Positions 51,753 to 64,000 of a stretch of 64,000 bases of DNA are shown here, in pieces; the first letter of the stretch is position 1, and each line of letters begins with the position of its first letter. The notes under the pieces were generated by a model. It did not search any database. It had not been told where the DNA came from and saw only the letters and a program-made list of their open reading frames with translations. The DNA comes from Mytilus trossulus (Eukaryota). Where the stretch lies: positions 31,744,001 to 31,808,000 of the forward strand of contig NC_086379.1 in NCBI RefSeq assembly GCF_036588685.1, read 5' to 3'. The translations under genes and the position numbers were made by a program.

Positions 51753-52599
51753 TGAAATCATAATCTTTCAGTCAGTTTAATTGAAGTCTGGAGCTGGCAT
51801 GTCAGTAAACTGCTAGTAGTCTGTTGTTATTTATGTATTATTGTCATTTTGTTTATTTTCTTTGTTTACATCTTCTGACATCAGACTTGGACTTCTCTTG
51901 AACTGCATTTTAATGTGCGTATTGTTATGCGTTTTCTTTTCTACATTGGTTAGAGGTATACGGGGAGGGTTGAGATCTCACAAACATGTTTAACCCCGCC
52001 GCATTTTTGCGCCTGTCCCAAGTCAGGAGCCTCTGGCCTTTGTTAGTCTTGTATTATTTTAATTTTAGTTTCTTGTGTACAATTTGGTAATTAGTATGGC
52101 GTTCATTATCACTGAACTAGTATATATTTGTTTAGGGGCCAGATGAAGGACGCCTCCGGGTGCGGGAATTTCTCGCTACATTGAAGACCTGTTGGTGACC
52201 TTCTGCTGTTGTTTTTTTTATTTGGTCGGGTTGTTGTCTCTTTGACACATTCCCCATTTCCATTCTCATTTTTTTTTTCCAAAATGCCTAGAAAAATTGA
52301 AAGGCATTTTACAAACTGCCTGAAATTATTTCATTTCATGGAATAAAATCTAAAGAAAAACAATTGAAAGCTTTGAACACCAGAGCTGTTTTATTTGTGA
52401 TAATTACTGAATTAAAAAAGAAGAGCTTAAATAATCCAGAATACAGTTTATTGTTTTACTACAATTCACACAAGCACAGAACTTGACATTGTTTTTTTTA
52501 AATTTCTTCACTGTTGGTTTCTGAAATACAGAGTGAGTACGTACTTAACATAGTTTCACTAAAAAGAACATACTCTTAGATCTGTTCATTGTTTCTTTT

Positions 52600-53065
52600 T
52601 GTTATCGGGATGTACGAGTACCTGGTCACGTCCACTTGCATTTTTGTCCATCTGATGAGTCAAACCGTTTTCAACTGATTTTTATATTTCGTTCTTATGT
52701 TGTTCTGTTATACCACTGTCCCAGGTTAGGGTAGGGTTGGGATCCCGCTAACATGTTTAACCTCGTCACATCATTTATGTATGTGCCTGTCCCTAGTCAG
52801 GAGCCTGTAATTCAGTGGTAGTCGTTTGTTTATGTGTTACATATTTGTTTTTCGTTAATTTTTTATATAAATAAGGCTGTTAGTTTTCTCGTTTGAATTG
52901 TTTTACATTGTAAACATCAGGGCCTTTTATAGCTGATTATGCGGTATGGGCTACGCTCATTGTTGAAGGCCGTACGGTGACCTATAGTTGTAGATGCCTG
53001 TGTCATTTTGGTCTCTTGTGAACATTGGTCTCATTAGCAATCATACCAAATCTTCTTTCCTATAT
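52600..53065 (+). mobile_element. 3' end of a related retroelement family (GAAGGCCGTACGGTGACCTATAG...CATACCA.ATCTTCTT tail)
   Basis: Shares the CCTGTCC..AGTCAGGA motif and terminal tail with 31240-31579. Partial copies at ~8135-8285(-), 22800-23050(+), 23990-24100(+), 26385-26480(-), 37555-37625(-). Confidence 0.7.
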
Positions 53066-53589
53066 ATCATAAGGCATAAAAAAACATCCGATCTGTTTTT
53101 TGGAGAATAAATTAGTTCTACTAAGCCATTAGTTTTTTTCTCTGTAAGATATTGTTTTTTGTCAACTTTTGTCATATGCATCTTAATGATATCCTTCTTC
53201 TACAAATTGTCTGAAACTCAACAGGCAATTTGTGGAATTTTGCATCAAAATTTCAGTCATTTTACAAAACTAGGTATTTTTAGTCATTTGGTAAAATGTC
53301 TGGCAAGGTTAGGCATTTTCTAAATTAACTGAAAATTCAGTCATTTATACAAAATGCCTAAATTTAGGAAATGCCTGTAACATATACAATATACATAGAT
53401 AACAACTGCCACATTCCTGACTTTGTTCGGGACATTTTAAGAAAATCTTGCTACATGACATTTAAAGAGAGACTTTTCCAATAACACACGCGTGTCATTA
53501 CAAAGAATTGACGAGACGGTTACTGGTATAAACAGCACATATATTCAAAAAGTAAAAGCCCCAAAGTACAACACTTAATCTAATAGCCA

Positions 53590-54300
53590 AAGCAACACAA
53601 ACCCCTTTTAAAACAAAATTAGAAGTGATCTCAGGTGGTCTGGAGTGATAAACAGATCCTGCTCTACATTTGGCATCCGTCGTATTTCTCGGGTAAGTAC
53701 AAACCCGTTTATAATTCTATATGTGTAGGACACATTCGACGAAAAGTGGACAAGATTGTAGTTACTACATTTGGAACACTTCCGTTGTCATCCTTCTTTT
53801 TAAGAAATCGTAATAAAAAAACAATCGCTGGAATATCGAATCAACCTGGAAGTATATACCCCGTATGCAGGCATTGTTTGAATGTTACTACATTGAAATG
53901 GGAATTTCACAATTGGGAAGCTGAAATAATCTCTTTTGTCGTAAAGTATTGTTTTAAACCGACCATCATTGTCAATTTATAGATTAAGTCAAGATATGAG
54001 GCAGACTTAACTGTATTTGTTGTATCCTTTTTTTCTGAACATCGATGAGATAGATACGTTCCACATAGTCACCAAATTTGGAATTACTTAGTTTGAGAAC
54101 ATTATCACAATATCGGAAAGTGGAATTAAATTATTCTGCTTTATTCTTTTTTTTCTTCGTAAGAAATTCCTGAATGAATCAACTTCATATGAATTAATAT
54201 CGGCAAGAAGAGGTGCACAGTTGGTTGTCATGGGACTGTCAATAGTTTGTTGAGACACACGTCCTCCCAAATCACAAATATGTTGTCAATAAAAATCCTT
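53590..54300 (-). pseudogene. Degraded Penelope-like RT fragment with 3' end (third family)
   Basis: IDNIFV..GGRVSQQTIDSPMTTNCAPLLAD; FRY; YDKRDYFSFPIV; PAYGVY read on the minus strand. Confidence 0.8.
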
Positions 54301-55576
54301 TTAATAAGATCAGGATTTTCAAATATTTTGGCCCCGAGCATTGATTGTCGAAATATGCATCTGGTGCAGAAAAATTGTACCGTTTATGTTATTTCAAATT
54401 TGTTTGGTTTTTTTAAATTCTGGAATCAAAGTGGTTCTAAACAAAGTACAATTGACCCCCCCCCCCTTTTTTTTTAGACAGCTTGTATTTACGTAGACAT
54501 TTATTTATGAAACAAAGTAAGCCTGACTCTTTCATTTTTTCTTTTAGATTTGAATAAGGAAATCAATTGTTTTAATACTATCGAAAGACGAAAAAAGCTA
54601 TTTAATAAGGTTTAGAAGATAAATGTGCACTTTTTAAAAATTATCCTTTCTTTCTGAAAGTTCTCAATGTACCACTTATAATACACAATATTTTGCCTTT
54701 GTTGCATGCTTATCTGTAGTATCTTTTCCCCCTCTACATGTTCGTGTTATGTTTGCTAGGATATTTGTCATATATCAGAAAAGTAGATACTTTCAAACAA
54801 ATTATTTTCATACTAGATGTCGCTAGAAGATATTCTTTTGTAATTGAAATTTCCTTTTTCGTTTACACTTTTAACCCATATTAATTTTGATCAAATGACA
54901 TACACAGAATTATCAAATGACCAAATTTATGAGGTCATTGTGTGATCATTTTTGACATTTTGTGTATACTGAATCGGCAAAAACTATATTAGTTCATCTG
55001 AGAATAAGATTAACACAATTTTCAATCAAAAAATGATTTAAACCACGGTTTCAAACATGAGAAAATGTGAACAATTTAATCATATCAATCATTTAAACGC
55101 TATCATCAAGTAACGGATGAAGACATACCGGTAGTTAGTAGTTATTTGGTCCATTAACTCCAGTGAATTTTCTGTTTTATAGATTTGATAGCACATTTGA
55201 AACCATTAATGACGGCCGTAATGTTAATTACATAGGATAGAGATATGTAGGAGTTCTACTGACTCTGACATTTAGTACTTTATATATATGTTTATAATCC
55301 AAATACTCTCTTTTAACTTCAGCAAAATTCTTTTTAAGATTGATTTATCTAACTATTGCACAAAATATCACGTAGGGGACAAAATTCGGTAGGAAGTGAG
55401 GGAGTACCATTTTTCAGATCACATACACAATAAATGTACATAGTCGGAAAATGTTAAAAAACAAAAGTATTTGTACGAGCTTTAGAAATAGGAGGATCAG
55501 TGGCGCTCGCCGTTCTTTCATCCTGTTTTCTTGGAGAGTTCAACTACATTTTATTATTTCGACAATGGATATATTA

Positions 55577-55794
55577 TTAACACTGACGTGGAAAGGTAAC
55601 ACCCGGCCACCGAAAGCCTCATTTTTATGTGAAGCCCAGGTGGTCGTGTGGTCTAGCGGGACGGCTACAGTTCAGGCGATTTGGTGTGACGATATCTCAG
55701 TAGCATGGGGTCGAATCCCGGCGAGGGAAGAACAAAAAATTTGCGAAAGCAAATTTACAGATTTAACATTGTTGGGTTGATGTTTAGACGAGTT
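55577..55794 (+). mobile_element. Third copy of the tRNA-like module (55634-55794) with 5' extension
   Basis: Near-identical to the 27.2-kb copy; followed by a TA-rich tract. Confidence 0.75.
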
Positions 55795-58700
55795 CTATAT
55801 AATCATATATGTATATATATATTTAAGTTTAAGTTGTTTATATCTAAATAGTTGAGTCTGAATGTTCAGTTCCACAGTCTTGTTCAATGCAAAAACGTTT
55901 AAATAACAAATCTAAACTGTTATATACAAAAAAAAATGAAAACGAAAATGGGGAATGTGTCAAAAAGACGCATAGTAAATAGCGATATATGATAAAACTA
56001 GAGATATTTAACGATGTTCTTAGTAATCAAAACTGGCTTTCAAATCTAACAATTTCATTCACATTTTTTTATAATGTAAATGATGTTTTTTTTTTCAAAC
56101 TAGCGCAAAAACGTCCAATTTCTGTAATTCTATCAAAATCGCGTTGATAAAGCTTTTCGTTCGTTAACCGTTCCCCAATGGTAAGACAACAGGATACATC
56201 TTTTGTAAGATTTTGACTATTATTTACAATTATAATACATGAGAAACGTTCTGAATTAAAAGAATGATGATCTAAATTACTGCTTTATTATGAAATATAT
56301 TAGACAAAAAATGTATTACTACAAAAAGCTCTTACAAAGAGAGGTCTTATCTGATAGAATAAATTTATAACAGTTTAACAAGGCTTTAAAAGGAAATTGT
56401 ACTGATGGAAGTTTCGTGTTAAACTAGAACAATACAACAGATTATCTTAGATTATAATTAATATACTTAAACGAAAAGAATACACTGTTTAAAGTCGAGA
56501 CACTTTGAACAAACACGATTTCCCCCTTCAGTTGAAAGTATTTTAAACCTTATAGAATCATATGGAACTTCAAAATTAAAAAAAAATCAATGTGTTTTAT
56601 GTCCTTTAATGGCTATATTTTCCTATAAAACAAGTGAACGTGCAGTTTCCTATAAAAGGAAAAGTTTAATTGACATTTTAGGAACGCATGAAATATAAAA
56701 CGATATAAAGGCTCTAGCAATTGACGTGTTCCGCGTACTCTGTGATGATTGTTTAAAGTCATGACTTATGTACATATACTTTTTTCTGAAGAAAATTCTT
56801 TAATTTGTTCATTTTTAGAAGAAGTTTACTTTATTTTAATTGTGGAAGGAAGCAATTTCCCGACATATTTTCCGAATGCAAAGTGACCCCAGTGAGACCG
56901 ATCGTAAAAATCCGGTGATCGCAATACGTATGGATGTCCTTGAAATGATTTATTATCTGATTGTACAAGTTAAACACGTGCACAATATCCATGCTTTTTG
57001 TTTCTTGTTAACAAACAGGTGACAATCGTTAAACTTTGGCTTCAAAACACGAACTTTAATAACCTGCCATATTTTCACAACATCACTGAGCGATTGAAAA
57101 AAAATTGACGATTGTACGAAATTTATGCGAAAAAAATGATAAAATCGTGCACATAAGACTAAGTTTATGATGTTTGTATGCATTAGTTAAAGAATTGAAA
57201 TAACATTATTTTCACCGGTAACTCATTTATAATGACTTTGATAATGTCACGGTCTGGTTAACTTCGGAAACAAACTTGAGAGATAATCAGCTTCCGATCA
57301 ACAATGACTAAATGAAATATTATTTGTCGATAATACGTTATAAATTTGTAATAAATTTAAAAAAAAACACGTGCATACAGGATTTAGTTTCATACATATG
57401 CATTTATTGGTTCAATTATTTCGATAACATTAAATGGAAAGATGATTTTAAGCTTAAATATATCTATTAACATATATGATAAAGATAGTTTACTAAAACA
57501 CAATCTTCAATAATTATGTGTAAAAAATGCATTTAAGACAATATTTTGCAATCTGTTAGTCAAAATCTCGTTTATTATATTCACGACACAAGAGATGACC
57601 TAAGTAAACTGAAAGCTTCGGCCATCACATGTAAATACGAAATTTTATAAGAACAGCTTTAAATTCCTTTCAAAATTCTAATTCACTTTATCTAATTGCT
57701 TAAAATGCTCTTTTTCAGATTAAACAAAAAAACACAGCTTAGTAGAATTATGACAAAGTAACATATGTGAATAGTTATGAGTTTCTTTTTAAGAGTTGAT
57801 GTGGCAAGAATATGTAATTGTTACTATAGAACTAGCTTAAGTATCTAGCAAATGGCAATGTGATAGACTGAAAACTCATTCATAAATGATTCAAATGGCA
57901 TAAATAATATATCAATTATCTGAAAATGGTATAATGTATGCAATTAATTTTTTATAGTCTTATGTTTGGGTTTTTTATGCAGTTTTGTCATTTAGACATT
58001 ATATCCTACTGATTACCATTTATTGAAACTTTTGCTTGACTTCTTTGTTACTAACCCATGTGAGGTTTTCTGTAAAATTTAATTCAGAGTTACTAGTATG
58101 TTATTTTGATTGGCTTCGCATGTGTCCATTTCATTGAATTATTTAAGAGAAAAAAATGCGATTACTGAAAAGTAAACAAGGGAGCCCTTAGACTCGTATC
58201 GAGACTGATTAGGGGTCTTACAAATCGTTCTTATACTGTTAAAGTGCTTGATTGTATACAAAGAAGTAAAACAGATAAAGAAAATTCGTTATTTTGTTAT
58301 AGAAAGACTAAATACTTTTCAAAGAGGCAAAAGTTAACAAGAGACACACTCTTGAAAACAATAAACTATGTGACAGTGCCACATTCTGTATGTGCCTGTT
58401 TAGTTGTTTAAATAACCGGAATGCCTACACACGATTGAAACCTGGCTTGGATGAATAAGATATTTTTTCAAGCAATCTGCAATTTTCTCGTGAAAAGCCT
58501 GATACGAGATATCCATTTGATTAACTGGTCTCTTGAATGAATTTAGTTTAATATTTTCGCTTCGTTTGATGAAACAAGTTACTTATGTTTACAACCGTAA
58601 AGTATGATCGCTCTTTTAAGATGCTAACAATTTTTCCGAATAGAAAGGATCAGAACTGGACTTAGAGTGGATTTGTTAAAGATGACCGAGTCGATACATA

Positions 58701-58959
58701 TTAAAATGATATCGTTAAGAGGTCCCAAAATGGATTGACAAAAAGCACTACACATAAGTGGTCAATAATGAGGATTTGAGTATGTTGTATAAAAAAACAT
58801 AGAAAATAAGGACACAAAATACATTCAAAAAGGATGACATAAATGACATAAATGAGTTCGCATAATGAATTAAGTTAATAAACGATAAACAGGGCACATT
58901 CACTTTGAACATAAGTTGAAGGTATTTGTTCATGCTATTGCAAGGACCTCTGGTATAAA

Positions 58960-59330
58960 TAACGAGACTCTCAGTAAACAAGTTAAGCGTAGATTTATAT
59001 TGGATGATCAGTAAAAAACGGAGAAACTTTTAAAAAAAGTGTTAGAAGGTAAAGGATTTGAAGTTGGAGCTTAGAGATTGTCATTTCATTAACAGTTTTA
59101 AAGTGTTAATTCATTTACAGGATTTTTGACGGCCAGAATGAATTTTGAATTATGATCATTTTAGTTTATTCATAATTCATTTAGGTGAGATGACCAGTAA
59201 GGGGTTGAAATCGATTATGAAAACATTTTAAAGTAAGGGACTGAAAGTGAATTTAGCGAGGAGATGATCATTGAAGAGATTAGGTACGGATTTATTATTG
59301 GAAAAAAAGAAGCTCAGAGAGAAAGTATAT
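58960..59330 (-). pseudogene. Possible highly degraded LINE (CR1/L2-like) 3' end
   Basis: Only weak resemblance to an RT C-terminal tail when read on the minus strand; many stops. Confidence 0.3.
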
Positions 59331-62300
59331 TTATAAGTTAATACATATTGTTATCAGATAGTCAGAGGTTAAGGTATTATGAGAGATAGGTTAGTCAGAG
59401 ATTAAGACTTGGAGAGAGAATGGTAATACTCGTCAAGAACAACAATTTATATATATAATAAACCAAATAATGTTGATAATTGTAACATTTGAAAACAACA
59501 ATACTGAATATTAAGTAGAGCCATTGTCCTTTTGTCCTTTCCGTTTTATGTTGTTGCGTTTGATCAAATGGAATATAAGCATGCAAGGTGAAGCATAGCT
59601 AAATATAAATTAATTAAATCAAAACACAACTTTTGAAATCTGATATGAAGCCAACAATGAGACTTCTAACATCAAATTAAAAGTATCTTCTTTATGGAAT
59701 TTCATTCGTTTTGCATACGTAAATAATTAACGAAAACGTGTTGCTTCGTGTCTTGTTTCAATCAAACATTTTTAACGACGTCGGACTCATGATGTAAATC
59801 TTAGAATAAATTAATGACTAATAAAGGCAACAGTGGTATACCGCTGTTCGAAATTCATAAATCGATTGAGAAAAATTAAATCCGGGTTACAAACTTAAAC
59901 TGAGGGAAACACATCAAATGTAAGTGGAGAACTACGACACCACAGCATAGAAATAGAATATAACATCTCTCTGTTTGTTAGTATTTTGAACAAATGAAAA
60001 CTAAGTGGTCATAAGCTCGCCCTTTTAAATAATGCTGCTTACTGCACATTTATTTAAAAAAAAAATCTTTAAGCGTTCAAACAAGTTTGAATACCTAAAC
60101 ATATTCTAAATGGGCCGAGTGCACATTCCATGTGCATTTTTTTAAAACCGCAAATGCAAATAAAAAAAATCCCTTTACCCGTGTCTTAATATTGATTGAT
60201 TGGTTGTTGGTTGCTTAACGTCCAGTGGACCGTGTCTAAATAAGACTTACAGTGTACTCTACTGTTGGGACAACTGATATCAATATTATAGAAAAAAATA
60301 TTAGCTTTAACTAAAAAAATGGACAATTTATATTAAGGGGTAATCAAATCATTTGGCCAGGGAACACAGTTATTTCGTAGTGCAATTTTTTTCGACCAAA
60401 AATGCAAATTTTAAATTGTGTTATCATCCAAATCATCAAAAAAATATTAATATTTTCTTGTTTTTTTTTCCTTTCAAATAATGAGCTTTTTGTGCTATAC
60501 ACTAGATTTTGTGTTCTCGTCTGCAAATTGTATGCAGGCCTTAAATTAAAGGCTTTTGGAATTTTCATAGCATTCCCTTTTTTAAGCAAATATATTTTAT
60601 ACATTGTGATCACTTGATATAAGTTTTGTAACTTTACGTATATTTTCCAAATATTTATGAATTTAAATACGTTTCTACTTCATGATTTTGTTTCGGTGCT
60701 ATACAACAGTATTGGCAAATACAATAAATTTATTAATGCTGTTTAGTATAATATGTCTTCAAGTCACTTTTGATTTTTTTTTACATTTAATAAATAATTC
60801 TGGATTGATGTTCATAGGCGTACATTAAATATTTTGGACAATTGTGGTCCCCTTCTTCGAACACTGAAATCGCACCTGCAAAATGGCTTTAGCAAAGTTG
60901 ACCTTCGCAGTTATGCGTGTGTGTTGAGATAATTAAAGATGAAATATGTAGGATGATACACCTATACAAAGAGAATTCACTTTCAGTTTTTACTTTCATG
61001 TCAGAGCAGTAAAGCATAACTTATAAATGCATACAATTGTATTGACGAATGCATTTTTGATACTACAAGTCTTTTACCTTATGCAAGTTATGAGAAAGTT
61101 CTACAAGAATTCTCCCGAATTCCGATAAATTTGAACTAGTAATATCTAATAATGAAATGTAATTTTTCGATATTAATAAATTGTTTAGACAAGGTCATAA
61201 ATACTACCCAAAGTAGCTGATCCCATTTCCTTAAGACAAGGTGTAAAATAACTGATAGAAATGTGACCTTTCATCTTACGAATATATATTAAATAAATTT
61301 TTCCAGTTAATTGGGTTTTCAAAAATATCAATACAATAACGACACAAATATGAATGATATATATTTTAGTTTGAGAGAATACTTTTATATAGAAGTACAC
61401 ATAAACCGTTTGATAATTACTCCGATAGACGTGCTATATAACATGGAAAAACCAACGTGTTATGTTATCTTTATGGTTACGTTATATGACAGTTATACAA
61501 AAAAAATGCAAGATTGTTTGCAGTTTATATTATTTATCAAAGAATCAAAGTCTGTGACGTTCTTGAAGAATTTGATAGAAAGGTAGATTAATTGGTAGTC
61601 TTGACCATAAATTATTAACAAATAATTACATATGTAAAAACCAAAAAAAACACGACCATTTGAGCAAGATGATATTTACAGAAAATAATTCTTGAGTAAT
61701 ATTCCAAAAGTTACAAAACGTTTGATCAGTCGATTTTGATCGAATTCGTGTTCCACATAAACAATTTAACATATTATTATAAACCAGAGAAAAATGTCAA
61801 AAAATCTGTTTAATGCCAGCACATATTCTATTATAATAAATTAATAGATGATTGAAATGACCCGCAGATAATCAAAGATTGTAATACCGACGATTCTAAG
61901 CTATCCTTTTAAATTAGTATGAAATTGAAAAAAAATAGTTAGTTTTGCAGTCTTTAAATTGAAGCCTGTAGGTATAAGATATGATTATATTTCATGCTAA
62001 AATTTCACGTTCAAATACCATTTATCACCTATCCATTATCAGGGAAGTAGCCAACTCACTGTACTACCGCATCTGTGGTATTTAAAAGAAGCACGCTACT
62101 CAACTAGATTCTAGAATGGATACATCAAGCTTAAAAGAGAAGGAGACTGTATTGAGCAGTACAAGTTCGTAAATCGGAGGGTAAAAAATAATATCACGGG
62201 CTAAAGATAGATTGGTGTTTTTCTTTCTAAATTCCATTTGCAAATATTTCATGTTAAGGATCAGAGCAGTTGGTCTATCGAAATGGATAAAGGACTGGGA

Positions 62301-62369
62301 ATTTGAACGTCACTGTATACAGAGTACAGGAAATAAAAGACGAAATTTTCTTTGCAACTGTCCACCTAA

Positions 62370-62986
62370 AGGGCATACGATACAGTTTTTGTTTTATATT
62401 GAAATTTTGATGTAAATTTGCATATAGGCTATTTTTTACCTGATGTAATTAAATATGTAATAAAAATATACCTTCATGTGCTACTTTTTATGGGAAATGA
62501 GGTATACATTTCAGATATTTGTTCAAAATTCGGATTTGTTGGCGTATTTTTCCTTTCAAAAGAATTACATAACTTTTTTGTTTATAAAGATAAACCCAAT
62601 CTGTTTTTGTTTAATTATTTGTAATATCTATTCTATATAAGTATCCTATACATAAGTGTATTGTTTTCATAGATATAACTCATTTTATCGAATATTCATG
62701 AATTTCGAAGAAATAAAACGTAATTTATCGATGTAAATTTATCAAAATTAAAAAACTACTGATTTTTTTTAATGAAAATTGGGACAAATACTCTTCATAT
62801 ATGTAATTAAACCAAATGTAATTTTTGAAAAAGGTGTCAATGAACTTGTTTTAAAATTAAATCAGTATGAATGGTAAGAATCAGTCGAAAATGCACCTTT
62901 TTATCGATATGTCAGTTTGACGTCGTGAAAATATAATTTTAAGTTAGCAACGTCATTACCTCCCCTGTAACTGTATCGTTTGTCCT
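62370..62986. mobile_element. MITE, possibly Kolobok-like
   Basis: 18-bp TIR AGGGCATACGATACAGTT / AACTGTATCGTTTGTCCT (2 mismatches) in a TAAA/TTAA context. Confidence 0.6.
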
Positions 62987-63315
62987 TAAGTTCTGTTGCA
63001 AGGTTAGTTTAACAAATAATACTGGATATTTCTTTCACTACAAAAGGTCTCGGATGTAAAATGATGAACTTCCGTAAGGCGTGCAAAATATACGTTTGCA
63101 AGAAGTCTATCTGACTAAGAAATAACATATGACAAAGAGTTAAATCAGAGTATATAAAAGAAAACATAGAAAACTGGATGTTGAGTGACACAACCCACAA
63201 TAAGGACTCAGACACGCCTTAAAGTTCAGAAGTTCTAGACCTGTTTAGTTCTTGGTTCGCATGTATTTAACTGCCTTGTGCTTTTCTGTATTTAGATGTA
63301 TAACTGATACGAAAC

Positions 63316-63705
63316 AATAGACGACTTTCGAGTTCATCCGTCACCGGAAAAAAAACCTCGTCAATTATGCGCGTCTTTATGACGTCATTTACCAGATAGA
63401 GGGGGTCGCCTGTATCCCTGCACTTTTTACGTTCATCAAGCGTATTAGTGATCGTCATTGTGCAGAATAAACTAGAAGTAATGGTTGTTCTGAAGGTCTT
63501 TAATGACAATTCCCTAATGACAGCAGTGCTAATTGTCAATTTTGAGAATTCAATTTGCCGAATAATTCGTACAATATAGATTTAAAGTTTTCCAACCACT
63601 CGCTCAACCTTTGAATGGAAGTGACGACGTCCCTAAACGCACAAATGACGTTCACTAAAACCAGAGTTTTTGCCGGAAATACATCGAACTCGAAAGTTGT
63701 CTATT
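63316..63705. mobile_element. MITE
   Basis: 20-bp TIR AATAGACGACTTTCGAGTTC / GAACTCGAAAGTTGTCTATT (1 mismatch). Confidence 0.7.
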
Positions 63706-64000
63706 AGCACAGCATTAATTTTAAAATCCTTGGAAATAGAAAAAAATGTTTGCCTCTTATTTTTTTTCTATTTATGAATTGACTTTCATTCTATTTTATA
63801 TAGTTACATGGTTCTTCTTAACTTATAAGAAAATAGAAGGTAGTAATACGATAACCAGTCAGTTAATAACACAGATAATGACTGTTTACATTACAGTATC
63901 GTAACTGTATTATTAGGTACAGTTTTAATTACTAATTAGTTAATGCGTTTAGCATGTTATGCCAGAACTGTTCGCAAAAGTTGAGAATGATTTTTATAAC

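Larger units (their letters stand above)
50728..52276 (+). mobile_element. 5'-truncated Penelope-like retroelement (probably Naiad type), family 2, inserted in a TIR element
   Basis: RT plus ~640-bp 3' UTR with a T-rich end; splits the host motif GGCATT|TTCCAAAATGCC. Confidence 0.85.
50607..53385. mobile_element. Non-autonomous TIR element hosting two nested retroelement insertions
   Basis: ~35-bp TIRs (TATTACAGGCATTTTCTAAATTTAGGCATTTTGTA / TACAAAATGCCTAAATTTAGGAAATGCCTGTAACATA) in TA context; internal AGGCATTTT/AAAATGCCT subrepeats. Confidence 0.75.

Noticed and set aside
52652-52680. CTGATGAG hammerhead-like core
   Set aside because: No stem II followed by GAAA, and no stem III.
56752-57240. 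Possible Kolobok-like MITE
   Set aside because: Terminal match limited to about 8 bp (AAAGTCAT/ATGACTTT).

Overview
AT-rich eukaryotic DNA. The repeat families and RT types suggest a bivalve mollusc, probably Mytilus-like; this is an inference. One host gene is supported: two minus-strand coding exons (21540-21905 and 494-676) of a Gyc32E-like receptor guanylate cyclase, separated by a ~20.9-kb intron. The rest of that gene lies left of the window. The intron contains a Ngaro-type (DIRS-class, tyrosine-recombinase) retrotransposon at 8341-15105. Its A1...B1-A2-B2 split direct repeats look identical by eye, but gag, RT-RNaseH and YR are decayed, YR is fused by deletion to an SGNH-hydrolase tail, and there is an internal 33/34-bp minisatellite. 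The intron also holds a 356-bp tandem retrozyme with type I hammerhead ribozyme motifs, and further degenerate copies are spread through the window. Upstream (22-64 kb) is mostly repeats: two divergent 5'-truncated Penelope-like (probably Naiad-type) RT elements, each with a canonical SECIS fold in its 3' UTR; a structured motif shared by at least four retroelement 3' ends; (TA)n-associated tRNA-like elements; Helentron-associated (HINE/pearl-like) elements; palindrome-plus-IR elements; MITEs; and short tandem repeats. All alignments and folds were made by eye, and boundaries of degenerate repeats are approximate.
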